Shown here in pieces: positions 12,977 to 25,342 of a stretch of DNA of 64,000 bases. Within the stretch, counting starts at the first letter, position 1, and each line of letters starts with the position of its first letter. A program made the translations under genes and the position numbers. The notes below the pieces were generated by a model. The model was not told the DNA's origin and did no database searches. It worked only from the letters and a program-made list of their open reading frames with translations. Origin of the DNA: Anthoceros angustus (lineage: Eukaryota; Plantae; Anthocerotophyta); the NCBI GenBank assembly GCA_010909165.1, contig VJWM01000255.1:62001-126000 (forward strand). Reading direction: 5' to 3'.

Positions 12977-12985
12977 AAACCCTAA
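12977..12985 (+). promoter_or_regulatory. Telo-box (AAACCCTAA) upstream of RPL19
   Basis: Exact motif about 120 bp 5' of the RPL19 ATG. Telo-boxes are characteristic of plant ribosomal-protein promoters. Confidence 0.7.
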
Positions 12986-13104
12986 AAGTAGAGCGCCCTA
13001 CCGGTCGCCGCTGTTAGCTCTTTAACCAGGTTCCAGACCTAATTTGTTCCTCTTCTTCCCTCGCCACTCGCCGGGGTGTGCGGTGCCTGCTGCGGGCGGT
13101 CGCC

Positions 13105-13971
13105 ATGGTGTCACTCAAGCTGCAGAAGCGGCTCGCCGCTAGCGTGTTGAATTGCGGACAGCGCAAGGTGTGGCTTGATCCCAATGAGGTCAATGAAATC
13201 TCCATGGCCAACTCCCGTAAGTTCGCCTGTGCCCCTTCATCTGCGAGGTTTTGTTGAATTTCGTCCTGCTTTGCAGTGCGTGGCTTTGGCTCTCGAGCCA
13301 CCCTCCTTCACTTTTTTTTTGGTTGTTGTTGCTGCCATTTGTTGTTGTTGCGATATGCGACTTTCAGCTGGGAGAAGCCTAACAGTGGAGTCTGCCACGG
13401 TGTCCAGGGCAAAACATCCGGAAGTTGGTCAAAGACGGTTTCGTGATCAGGAAGCCACAGAAGATCCACTCCCGAGCCCGAGCTCGGCGTGCTCTAGAAG
13501 CGAAAAGGAAGGGTCGTCACTCTGGATACGGTGCGGAGGCGGAATTCTGTGTTCCGCTCGGCTGCAGTAGAAGCACGGGGGTAGGGTTTTAGATAGCAGC
13601 AGGTTGACACCATGTGTAATGCTTGCCTCGCAGGTAAGAGGCGCGGAACACGCGACGCGAGGTTGCCACAGAAGGTGTTGTGGCTGCGGCGGATGCGTGT
13701 GCTCCGCCGTCTCCTCCGTAAGTACAGGGACGCGAAGAAGATCGACAAGCACATGTACCATGACATGTACATGAAGGTGAAGGGTAACGTGTTCAAGAAC
13801 AAGCGGGTGCTGATGGAGAGCATCCACAAGTCGAAGGCTGAGAAGGCCCGTGAGAAGACTCTGTCAGACCAGTTCGAGGCCCGGCGTGCCAAGAACAAGG
13901 CCACTCGGGAGAGGAAGATCGCCAGACGGGAGGAGAGGTTGGCGCAAGGTGCCCTTGTCGCCACCGCCTAG
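13105..13971 (+). CDS. RPL19: 60S ribosomal protein L19 (eL19), at least 3 exons
   Basis: [37 protein letters not shown] / [24 protein letters not shown]...RKGRHSGYG / [16 protein letters not shown]...[17 protein letters not shown]...EERLAQG. A further short 3' exon near 14030-14075 is possible. Confidence 0.98.
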
Positions 13972-14314
13972 GCTGCTAGTACCATTTTCTTGCACAGCAT
14001 AGCTCTGTTTTGTTGTGCCGCTAAGGTGCTTAGGCAGAGGATCCCGAGTGGACAACTTGAAGGATGAAGGCAAGGTTCTTAACCTTCGCGTGAGCCACTA
14101 TTTTTCCTTGTGAGGCTGTTGTAGTGAAGGAACCTATGCCTGTTCTTCAATCTTTTGAGCTTCTTCCTTCCCCCCTGTTGAGGCTATGGCAGTAAAATTG
14201 TCACTTTTTGTGTTCCGGCAGTCTTTTCCGCCAAATCTTGCATTTTGCTGTTGTCGAATGGGCTTGTTTTGAACGGAGATGGATGGTTCTGATGAAAATG
14301 ATTTGTGAGGGGAG

Positions 14315-17300
14315 TCAGAAGTCGGCGCAGCCAATCGGCTCGCCGGTGATGTGGTCCACTGTGACAACCTGGTTGCGGTGGCAAGGGATGACGTCCTGGC
14401 CGAGCTTGGCCCCCGCCGCCTTGAGGCCCTTGAGCGAGGTGAGCTGGTTGAAGAGGTTGAGGACAGGAAGGACGGGCGCGGCGGGTAGGCGGGCCTGGGG
14501 GAGCAGGGGCACGAAGTGGCGCGTGAGGAGCGGCACCTGGAAGTCCTCCTTGAGGTGCGGCACCCTGTTGTCGGAGGCGTTGATGTGCGCGCCGGGCTCC
14601 ATGTGGTTGGTGCTGAAGCTGGTCTGATTGTGGAAGTTGGGGTAGAGCGTGACGTAGCCGCGCAAGTACATGAGGTCGATGAGGAACTTCTTCCAGGAGG
14701 CCTGCCAGCCGTTGGTGCGGGAGCGCGGGATTTGCACCGGGTTCTGCTTGGGGTCGACGGTGAAGCGCTGGCCCATGTAGCGGTAGAATTCGCGCCAGTG
14801 GCGGGGGAAGAAGAGGGCGCCCCAGCTGCACGGCAACTGGTGCAGGTACGGCGTGCTGGAGTTGAAGAATTGCGTTCCGTTCCAGCGCGGCCGTTCCTTC
14901 ACCACCTCCACCACCCGGGGCGTGTAGAGCGCGATGGAGTTGAGCTCGGGGAGGTTCACGGCGGGGTCGTAGTGGTAGGCCAGCAGCGCGTACTTGAGCC
15001 ACATGTAGAAGAAGGGGGAGACTTCGATGTCGTCTTCCAGCAGCAGGCCGAATTCGTGGTCCGACGCCGGGTACCTGGAGGCAGGGGGGGCATGGCGGAT
15101 TAGGGCACGCTGGGATGCTTGTTCAAGCCTCTTTGGGTGGAAGGGAGTTTTGTTTGCTGCTTGCTTACCAACTCTCGCTGACGGCGCGGATCAGGCCGCC
15201 GGGGATGATGCGCCTGCGGACGGTCTTGGGGCCGTGCGGCCAGGGGAAGGAGTGGGCGACGCGGAGCGTGTGGGCGTCCACTGCACTGTCCATGTTGAAG
15301 GAGAGGGCCACCTCGTCGCCCAGGTAGAGGGATTCCTGGAGGGAGTTGAGCAGGCGGAGCAGGGAGGATGGCCGGTTCTGGGTGATGATGTTTATCGAGA
15401 TCTTCATCTGGTTCCATTCTGCAGGGCACAAGACAAGGAGAGGAGATTAGGGTGGGTGAAGGAAGTTTTTGATGGCTGCCATTCATGGAAGTGAAGGGGA
15501 GGGGAGGAATGGTACGTCGGAGGGCTGCAGGTTTGATGTCCGCAATCCACAGGGCGTGGGGGACCACTTGCCGGGGGAGCTGCACCAGCGTGGTGGCGTT
15601 CTGGAGCTTGGTGATGGCCAGGCCCAGGGCCTGCCGGACGTGAGCTGCCAGGTCGGCCACCACGAACATGACTGTCGGGGAGTGGATCTGCAGCAGGCCT
15701 TTCACTCCTGCGTACACTTCCTGTATTACGGCAATCTCGGCGGCGTCGCTGCCGTATGCGATGGAGCCCACCTGCACGGACAGTGGATGGGAGCGTCAGC
15801 ATTGCCAGGGAGTGGGATGTGTGCTTCCGGGTTCCTTGCTGGTGGAGCTGCATACATACCTGCAGGTCGAAGATTTTGAAGCGCCTGTCGTGGCAGGACC
15901 TTAGGCTCCAGCCCAGCACTGCAGCGGTCTCCTCGCATGGGCAGTTCTGGCCGCCTGACACAACCACGAAGGCCTTCTTCCCCGGGGTGCTGCGGAACTT
16001 GAGGATGAGGGGGGCCAGGTCCCGGGCCTCGTCCAGGGAGTTGACGAGGAAGAGGGCGTCGCTCTGCTGGGGGTGCATTCTGGCCCACTGCGTGATGTAG
16101 CCTCGGGACAGGGCCCTCCACCACTGCTCATCTCGGATCTGCACTATGTCCTTGTGGATTACCGTGGTCTCGGCAATGTAGGCCAACCGGTGCTCGCTGT
16201 CTCCCCATGTCTCCTTGTCCGACGGGTCTATAGGTAGCACGTATGAGTAAGCATCTCTGTATTTCTGAAGCTGGTAGCTGGAGACGGCAACTGGTTAGCA
16301 GCATCTTTTTCAAGAGGCACACATTTTTAGTCCAAGCTAGGGACGGGAAGGTTGTGCGCCGGTATTTGCTCACCTGAGATGCAGGTCCTCGCCTGTCACA
16401 AACGTGAAGGGGGTCTCGATGAAGAGAGCCTTCACCAGGTGGGCAGGCAGGAACCAGGAGCTGGACAGGAAGTCGACTTGCATCATCCTCTCCACCACAA
16501 TACCGTAGGCTGGATCCGGCAGGTAGAGCCCTGCCTCCCTCGATCCGTACTTGCGGTAGCTGGGAAAGCTGTAGTCCTTTTGGCGGAATGGCAGAATCCT
16601 TCCTATGCTTCCGAGTACTGAGTTGTGATACTTATCTGTTCCAGCCACATGTGCCAGAATTTGCAACACCCGGCGGCCGGGTATCATGTCATCGTCCAGT
16701 ATGTATACAAAGTCAGCATCTGCGGCCTGACAAGCAAGTGCACATGCAGACAGTTTTCGATGAGGAGGTTCAAAATGGTAGGATCAGGAGAGGAGCAAGT
16801 GCAAGTGCAACACTACTTACCTGCAGAGCCAGCTGGAATCTGCCGTAATACTTGAAGTCATAGGAGGAACCCATGAAGGAGATTCGGGTGTCGTTGTAAG
16901 TTTGTGCAATCCGTCGAAGAGAGTGTGCCCTCGGCGATCCGAAGGCCAAAATCCACAGAGAGTGGAATGGAAGCGTCTGACGCAGAAGGGCGTCTAGTTG
17001 CGAGCAGAGTGTCCTTCGTTTGAAGTGGTTCAGTATTACTGTTATCTGCGTTGGAAGTAGGGAGCACTTGTTGGTCAGCAATTTGGCAAGGTGGGTGTGG
17101 TGGTGAAGTCAAGGTGGGGTGATAGGGTTCATAGTTAAAAACCTTGGCAGGAGGAGATGTTGGCAGCCCAGACCCGGTGCGTGTGGTGGATGGCAAGGCC
17201 AGCAACTCGGCCAAAGTCTCAGCACCGCCAGGCCCGCTCCTCTGCATCTGGAACTCCAAAATGGATTGGTATATATCCCTTTTGATGGCAACCATCTTGC

Positions 17301-17853
17301 TGTCATTGGACTTCTTCTGTGTGAAATCAATTTCCTCAAACTCACATACCACCTCCTTGGTGTTGTCATCCCTTACTGGCGGCAGATGCCTGGCACTTTT
17401 CCTGTGCGGCTCTGAGGTGGAGTTGGGGACCAAAGCATGGTGTGGCAAAGACATGAGGGCAGGACTGTCCTGGATGGAATATGGCTGCACATGCCCATGA
17501 CCATGCCCATGCGCATGTGCTTGCTTCGCCTGCACAGCAACCAACTCCCGCCACTGCCTGGCAATCTGGGAGGCCCAGGAGATGTCAGGCCCCGTCATCA
17601 AATCGACTGTTGGGCTCATGAAGTAGAGCAGAAAAGTGGCATACAAAGCGAAGGTGAATTGCAGACAAGTCAGGGCAGCTGCAAGCTTCATGTTCTTGCT
17701 GGTGCCCTTGAGACCCCGGCCCTTGGCGGAGGCAGGGCCCAGGCTGAAGGGGAAGTGCTCTCTGAAACTCATGATCGCTGGAGCTGCTGGGGCAGCTGCT
17801 TCTTGCGCTCCTTGATCCAGCAGGTGATGCTCTGCGACGGCGGCTGCTGCCAT
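14315..17853 (-). CDS. Plant glycosyltransferase family 2 protein (At5g60700-like), multi-exon
   Basis: 'KLAAALTCLQFTFALYATFLLYFMSP' TM anchor; 'ITVILNHFKRRTLCSQLD'; 'YDFKYYGRFQLALQ'; 'YILDDDMIPG'; 'ISINIITQNR'; 'GLIRAVSESWYP'; 'LLLEDDIEVSP'; 'QLPCSWGALFFPRHWREF'. Confidence 0.9.
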
Positions 17854-18621
17854 AGCTGAGCAGCACACCTCTTGGAAGGAATTCCTTCACGGCTGCCCCA
17901 GCCCAGCCCAGGATGTCCCACTGCAACTCACTCTGCTGCTGCCCACCATGTCTTCAATTCTCACAAGCCACCTCCCGCACCTGCTTGGCATGACTGGGCC
18001 AGGATACATCCTCATCCCAGCTGCAGCGGATCTGTGCATCCTCAAATCTCTCTGCTTGCAACCAACAACCCCGAGCCATCCGGTGTCACCGTTCTCCACC
18101 ATCTCCCTACCCCTTCCGAGCCTTTCATCTGGTGCGCCATCCCGTGTGCACACACGCAGCCTTTTATCTCCTCATCGGGGCGTCCGGAAGGCCACAGCAG
18201 CAGCAGGCCAGCGACACGGATGTGCACAGCAGCTTCCAAGGCTGCAGCCGGGGAGCGGCTCGTTCCATGCGTTTTGAACGCCGTGGCGGGTTCGGCGCCG
18301 AGCCTCCGCGTTCCGCACAGCTCGTGCTGCAGGCCAAGAAGGCGGCCAAGCCGCGGCGTGAGGCCCGGCCTCCCGAGCCTGCCGTGCCCGGGTAACGGTC
18401 CCGCCAAAGCCCGGACGCCGCACTCGCGTGAAGTTCGTATGACCGTTTGCGCAGCCGTGGCACCGCGCCTTCTTTGCACGGGTAGCTAACCGGCCCGGGT
18501 ACAGAGTACCGTGTTTTAACTGGCCGGGCAGGGCGCAGGGCCCGCGGCCCGCCGGTTAACCGGGACACACTCCTCCCACACCGACACCAGCACCTCCAGA
18601 TTCCTGCATGCGCAAGTGTCG

Positions 18622-20866
18622 ATGGATGTTTCGTCTCCATCCAGGCTCCAGCCCTGCCCACTGCGGTACCAGTGTCTTGTCTCCTCTTTTCGATCTGCGT
18701 TTAATCCCACCCACTTGTTCGTCCTCGTCCAGCGGGACAGCTCCATTCCCACTTCTGGATGGCTCTCTTCGGAATCGTGCATGTTGGAATCAGAGTTCCC
18801 GGCTTCATCCGTGGAAGAAGCCGTGAGCGTTTGGCTTCCGAGTCTCAGCTCAGGCATGGAAGCTGTGAGAGGAGCCTTTCGTCTCGGCCGGCCCCTTTTT
18901 CAGGCAGGTGGAGGAAAGGGAGAGCATCTCGTCTTGGTTATGCGCTGGGCGGGGTTTTTGGTGCACCAGGATCGATTAGAATCCCGGGACTGTCACGTTC
19001 GCCCAGGGCTCTAGGGGGGAGTGGAACGGATGGCTTGGAGGATGAGGCGCGGACTCGTACGAATCTCATCGAGCTTGGTGATGTGCACGCAGATGTAAGA
19101 GTAGGACGGGTTGGGACTAGAGTGATGGAGAAGCTGGGGGGTTGATATCTCATGCTCGTTGGTAATCTCAGGGTACAGACTGGAGTGTGCAGCCAATTGT
19201 TGATGGGTCGGAGCCGACCTGGGAGCACGTGAACATGCCTGTCAGGGTGGTACATGCCGCTGGTAAGATAACGTTGTGGATGTCTATGCACTTGCTGAGC
19301 TGCAGGAAGGGGGGCTGACTGCTGTGGTTGCTGTTTGTGACAGTAATGTACGGAGGATTAGCCTTTGCTGGCAACGCATTGTGCAACGTGGTTGGGGTGG
19401 ATTGCTGGGGTGGCTTTCATTGGGACATGGAGATGGCAATGACGGGCCTTGGGTATGCGGTGCCCCCCATGATTTTGGCACTTGCAATCCTTGAGGTGGG
19501 TGCTCAAGTGCGTCTTCTGGTACGAGCTTGGTGATGCTAGATTCTATTTGAGGGTGGAACAGCTGGCTCGTGCTGGTGTCAGGATGACGTGGTGAAAGCC
19601 TGGCCTGCCGCAAGAGCCGTACGAGAGGTGGAAGACAAAGATCTCATTAGCTTTTTCTCTGGCATGTCACCTTGGCAGGTCCGTTTCCATTCGCAAAGTT
19701 AGAAATTGTTATGAGAAGGTTAATGGTTGTTGCATAATCTTGTCTCCCAAATGGTCGACCTGGGTGTGAAACTGAAGTGTAGATTTTCTTTCTGGTTGTT
19801 GCATAATCATGTGTCCCAGATGGTTGGCCTGGCTGTGAAACTGAATCGTACATTTTCTCTCTTTGCCAGTTTGCTTCAATTGCTGCAGCTGGAGCACTCT
19901 CGGAGGAGCTGCTCTTCAGGGTGGCCATTCAGGTCGGTGGCATGGCATATTTGCAGAACCTCAATGACATTCAATTCTCATGCTGGGTCAAAAGCTCCTT
20001 GTCGTGCACTTGCATTTTGGAAGAAAAGACGTTGATTTCAGTCTCGGCCACAGGGCACTCTTGCACATGCACTGAAGATATCTGGGACTGGCGGTGTGGA
20101 TGAAACTGTGCATGGAATAGCAGCACTGGTAATCTACTTATCCCTTTTGTGCCTACTCATTGCTTATCTCTGACTGCGCCATCTTGTGGGAGAACTCACT
20201 GCTTCGGTGCTGGGATTGTCACAGACTGGCTTCATGCCGATGTTTGTGCCCTTCGCGCAAGGACTGGCAGCATTTCTGACCTCCTCTCTCATAGGCTCTA
20301 TGTACTATATCACTACTTCCCCGAAAGGTACCAAACATGTTGCCTGGTCTGGGGGTCGGTATTCCCAACTTTATCACTGACTAGTTGCAGGCAATCACGA
20401 AGTTAGAGCTGTGGATCATTTGCTGCAGATCCCAAGTACATTATATCCTACAGCAACCAAGGCAGACGAGATCTGAAGAAACGTGTCGAAGGTGGTAGCT
20501 TTCTTCCCGTTGTTGTCTTCGGACAATGCTTATCCTGTCTACTCCTCATCCTTACTCCTCTTGCCATTGAACAGTCTGGTACGAGCGTCATCAATCTCGA
20601 AAGATCTATTCCCCTCTGATGGAAGCATTGTTGGCCTTGTACCTGGGCCTGGAATGGGTTCAGGTACTCTACACCTAGTGCTTATCACAATGTTTCAGAG
20701 ATGAGAAATTTCATGTCTACGTTGAGCTAATACTAACTCACTGCCCGCATGTTTGCAGACTGGCAACATCTTGGCCACCATGGTCACCCACTCTCTGTAT
20801 TCCACAGTCATGGTGGGAAGTGGCTTACGCAGAATCCGTGACCAAAGAAGAAAGCTACAAGAATGA
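18622..20866 (+). CDS. BCM1/BCM2-like chloroplast CAAX-protease-family (Abi) membrane protein
   Basis: 'GLGYAVPPMILALAILE/DDVVKAWPAARAVREVEDKDLISFFSGMSPWQ', 'LSEELLFRVAIQ', 'FVPFAQ', 'SPK/DPKY', 'WYERHQSRKIYSPLMEALLALYLGLEWVQ/TGNILA..THSLYS' resemble At2g35260/At4g17840. The N-terminus is Ser-rich and transit-like. Confidence 0.82.
19724..19862. repeat. 69-bp imperfect tandem duplication inside a BCM-like intron
   Basis: tggttgttgcataatc...tgtgaaactgaa...attttct occurs at 19724 and 19793. Confidence 0.85.
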
Positions 20867-21215
20867 GTAAGCTACGACCTGTAAAACGAGCACTAACTTC
20901 TAACGCCCTTTCTAGCTCAAAAACCCCGTAGGTATTCAACTGCGAAGTAGCTTGTACCATAACATGCACCTAGCTAATACCCAACTTCATTCTAAACGTT
21001 CTGATCTGGATGGAAAATTTATGCTAGATGTAAAACGTCCAGGAGGTAGGTAACTACCGTTATGACGGTTGGGTCCGGGTCGTGTGACGCTGTAGTCTCT
21101 CCGTTAGGCTTCGCAGAACGCGGAACAGTGACCGCTTTCACAGGAGCTCCAGGCTGCCATCGCGATCGGAATCGGGGCGGCGGGTGCCAAGCGCATCGAA
21201 TTGCAGGACAGCAAG

Positions 21216-22950
21216 ATGTCGAAGCCACCATGCTGCAGGGCGCGGTCCAGGTCGACTGCCAATTGCGAGACTCTGATGTCCGAGATCGGGCAGCAGCTGC
21301 TGGAATGCGGGCAGTTTTGGAAGGACCCGCAGTATCAGCGCAGCAGCCACGTGCGAGCTCTCAGGCTGGCAGTCCGGCAATGGGCGCATGAGACCAAGCG
21401 TAGAGTCCTGTCCATTCCCATGTTCCGCAACGGAAATGTGCAATGTGCAAGTGGAGGAGAAAGCTTGGTTGCATCCGGTGTTGAGTGGTCAAGTGCTGTG
21501 CACGGCGCAGGGTTGAAGAAGGTGGACATCGAGCTCTCCACTGCTGTGCAGGCCTGTGCCCGTTTGGAGCAGATGCTGTCCCCGCAATGTGATCCTGAGC
21601 TTTTCCAGATCAACCGTGGGTGCCTACTGTCTACTGTCTCCTGGCCAGATGGGTTGCTTCTCCTGGCTGGCTTACGTTTTGTGAACTGTGCCCCGCAGAG
21701 GAGCAAGTTGGGAGCCTGCTGGCGGCTGCCGAGGCCATTCTGGCCATGGAGGAGCTGCGTACCTTTATGGTAGGTCTTGTCCCCCGAACCGCACGTGCCT
21801 CTTTGATGGTCCCTCGGAACGGGCAGCAGCTCATTTTTCTTGCATCTGGTAGGCTGAACGAAACAAGGCAGCTTTGGATGCGTCAGCTTTGTTGTTTGGA
21901 TCCAAGGGAATCATCAAGGTGCCTCTTCAAATGCATCTCCGTCGAGCTAGGTCTCCAGCAGGAACAGGGTGAACCTTCTCCTTATTCTGATTGTTTGCCA
22001 TCAGCATCCAGAATGCGGAGTCATACCCACAAGGAGGAATGAGGGGAAGCCGGTGGTGAAGGCTATGTCAGATGGGTGGCAACCTCGGTGGCCTGGTGAC
22101 TGTGGAGACCCATTCGAGCCCTACCAGGTTGTCCTTTCCCGTGCCCTTGCCCTTGCCCGAACTTTTTCCACTTTGAGAAACAGGATGCAAGGAACACAGC
22201 CTGCTGACAAAGGTCACGATTGTGTGCAGCAACTGATTGAGCAGTTTCTGCACAGCGCAATTTCCTATCATTCTAGGGCTTTGGAGCAAGTGAGCACAGC
22301 CTTTGCAGCAGTGCGCAAGGCGAGCAAAGCAGCTAGGGATGTTGCCTACGTCCGTACCTTGGCAGCAAGCGCAGGGGTCTCTGTGAAGGAGTACCAAAGG
22401 TTGTTAGAGATGTTCAACAAGATTGACTGCGAGAACTCTGGGTAAGAATTTCCACAACACTGCCCTGCAACCTAGGAAGGCCTCGTGCTGTTTTTGTCTT
22501 CGTGTGCTTCATGGAGTAATCCTGCTGCCTGGATTGGGACCTGCAGAACTATCAGCAAGCCACAACTAATGGATGCCATGAAGAGGGACAAGGATGTGCG
22601 TCTCTTCCAACGGCTTGTCACAAAACCCTCTGTTGCATAAAGCGAACATCCCAGCATAGGTTCAACATGGTGTTTCCTTGTGCAGATAGCAGCTTTCATG
22701 CAACTCTCCAGGGCCAAGGGCAAGGATGGACGGCGAGAGTCCTTCGAGGGGGTTTTCAACCGCATTGACGTGGAGGGCATGGGCGCTGTGACATGGGAAG
22801 CCTTTCTCCGTTTCTTCTCCAGTGAGAGGTCTCTGGCTGGAGACGGTGCTATTCAACCACCCATTATGTGCTTACAGCCTGCAGTGTGTAAAGCCAAGAT
22901 CACCTTGTGCAAAGCTGGTCAGGGCTGCGGCCCTGCTGTTAAGCCAGGTA
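21216..22950 (+). CDS. Uncharacterised protein with a C-terminal pair of EF-hands (multi-exon; donor of duplicated fragments downstream)
   Basis: 'LLEMFNKIDCENSG/TISKPQLMDAM' and 'FEGVFNRIDVEGMGAVTWEAFLRFF' are EF-hand loops joined across GT-AG introns. The 5' exons and the 3' end are uncertain. Confidence 0.65.
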
Positions 22951-23499
22951 CCGCACGTTAGTGTGTATTTTCTGTTTCTCGAAAGCAACGTGCTTGATCT
23001 TTTCAATTTGTGACTGTTCTTTCCTGCTTCTTTGTAGATACGCTGGTGTCCAAGCTTGTCCATCCATGTGGGATGGGTGCACCCAGTGTGTGTCCTTTTG
23101 TACCTTGAATTCCACCAAGAACTGCAAGTGTGCACTATTGAAGTGAAGTTGAGAAGGGCTTGAGAATACTCCAGGTTGCTGTGAGTGTAGGGCCTGTACT
23201 GCTGAAATCGCCCGTGCGCTCTCTTGGGGGATTAACCTCCCACCATAAGTGAGTGCCGACTGTCTGATCCAGCTCTTTGTTCGGGTTTGCTCGTTTGCTC
23301 TTTGTCCATCCTCCCCTGAGATCTACCATCATAAAGTTAGATGTTAACTCTATGATAGTCAACGGCAGAACAAAACAGAGGGTGTAGAATCATCATCTTC
23401 GACGATATATCACATTGGAAATGGACAGTAGAGTCACCCAAAGGATCCTATTGGAAACGGGTTGCTGGACAATTGATATATTTTTTAAAGCCATTTAAG

Positions 23500-24665
23500 G
23501 GTTTTATAAGTTTAGTGACTTTATCTCTAGTTTTTCTTTCTCAACTTGGAGATTTTCACAAGCAAGTTATGTAGTCTCTGAGGGACATTATCGGCCCAAG
23601 TTGTTTAGCGTTGTGCTCGATCTTGAACACCCATTTGGATCCTATGCACTAACTTCCTTGGGGTAGAGGAGTGATTTTCTAAGTTTTGTTCTTCATAAAT
23701 GAGTTATACTCACTATCCAGGGCTTCTTTCCACTTCTTCGCCTTTGGCCCTTCCAAGGCTTCCTTCAAGTCTTGCGGCTCATCAGCATATGTTAACATAG
23801 CCTCTTCGTATTTACATACATTCATGGACTCCAAAATTTGCTGCAAAGGTTTCCTTCGCCTTGTTGATCTCCTGATCAGGGTTGGCGGCTCTTCTTGAAT
23901 TCTTCGATCTCGCTCCTCTTCATCATCCTCGACATCCAGGGCTTCTCTGCCTCCTATGTGACCTTGTGGTAGAGCTTGCTCATGCTCAAGAACGAGTTGA
24001 GCATGCTCAAGAGTAGGTTGCTCAAGAACCAGGTCTTGTGCTTCTTCACGCTCCTTCAACTCCTTGATGACAACTTGCGTTGCTCCCACTCCTTTGTTAG
24101 GTTCCACAACCTCATGAAAAACAACATCCCTACTAAAGATTACTTTCTTGGTTGTAGGGTCGTATAATCTATACTCTTTTACTTCATCAGAGTACCCAAG
24201 CATGATGCACTGGATGCCTTTAGGATCCCACTTGGTTCGGTTTTGCTTTGGAACATCAGCATAAACCTCAGAACCAAAGATCCTAAAATGACTCACGTCA
24301 GATTTGACACCAGACCATGCCTCCTTCGGGGTCATTCCAGATATAGCTCTGATTGGAACTCTATTTAAAACATAAATTGCTGTAGCAACATCCTCTCCCT
24401 AAAAACGTACCTCCAACCCACTTTGATGGAACATGCACTTGGCCGCCTGCACTAGGCTTCTTAGCTTGCGCTCCGCCACTTCATTTTGCTCTGATGTATC
24501 ACGAATTGTTAGTTGCTGAATGCCATGCTCCTTGCAAAAGCTTTTGAATTGAGAAAGAGTGTATTCTCCTCCTTTGTCACTCCTCAGAGTCTGGAGGCAT
24601 TCTGCAGTTTCGTTCTCCACAAAGACTTTCCACTCTTTGAATGTCTTGTAGAGTATATCCAATGT
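23500..24665 (-). mobile_element. Ty1/Copia pol fragment (integrase core, GAG-pre-integrase/SH3-like region, start of RT), degenerate
   Basis: 'LRSDKGGEY...FCKEHGIQ...EQNEVAERK', 'TPKEAWSG...SHFRIFGS...KWDPKG..C..LGY', 'EP.....A....KWKEALDSEYNS', 'IGSKWVFK', with in-frame stops. Confidence 0.92.
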
Positions 24666-24674
24666 ATACGGTGT

Positions 24675-24798
24675 ACTAGACTTTACCACGAATACTAATG
24701 CTATGTGTTTACTACTGATATTTTACTATAGAAGTAGTAATATCCATTGTAAAATCCATAGTAATGTCCATGGTAAAAGTATACTTTTCCTAGTAGTG
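24675..24798 (-). mobile_element. CACTA (En/Spm) transposon terminus
   Basis: The reverse complement of the right end reads CACTACTAGGAAAAGT. It is preceded by clustered subterminal repeats (tttaccac / tttactac / ccatggtaaaa), and it truncates the Copia fragment. Confidence 0.7.
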
Positions 24799-24879
24799 AC
24801 GGTTGACGCCACTCCGACATGTAGCTCTCACAACATTTGCAACATGGGTCCCTAGTTGCTTCTTAGTTGATGGTTGTTT

Positions 24880-25173
24880 AGCAGAGATAGGTGCCTTAAA
24901 ACAAGTACGAGGGGCGGCAACATACATGTTGTGTTGCGCTTATGACATGTAAGGAAGGCATGGCAGCGGAACCTTTTGAAGAAGGTAAAGTGCATTATTG
25001 CAAGGAAGAAGATCTGGGCAGCTCTTGCGGAGATCATGTATGTCGTAGGCCACAATACACAAGATGGTACTGTCGCATGGGGTAAGGTATTGTTAGACTT
25101 CTTCTATAAGGAGTGGCACGGAAGTCAACCAACCTTTGTTGAGTATTTCAAGAAGCAGTGGGTGACTCTATAA
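24880..25173 (+). mobile_element. MULE (Mutator-like) transposase fragment
   Basis: 'L*HVRKAWQRNLLKKV...FVEYFKKQW' matches the MULE C-x-W-H-V-x-K-A-W and F-x-x-Y-F-x-x-x-W motifs; contains a stop. Confidence 0.65.
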
Positions 25174-25342
25174 GTATTATTCTCAGCCTTAAGTGCACTA
25201 ATTTCCTTGTGCGGTAAGGATTGCTTGAATGGATGTTGACATGGTATCGGCTATGTGTAATGTTTCACATTTCTTTATGGCAGACATGGCATTGAAGAAC
25301 TGCAGGATGTTTCCCCATGCTGGACAAGACACCACGTCAACT

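Noticed and set aside
14184-15103. Long overlapping ORFs 14184..15002 (-) and 14516..15103 (+)
   Set aside because: Shadow frames of the very GC-rich last exon of the GT2 gene.
20864-20866. BCM-like TGA as a U-to-C edited CGA codon
   Set aside because: Such editing is known for organellar transcripts, and this is a nuclear gene. A slightly shorter C-terminus is the simpler explanation.
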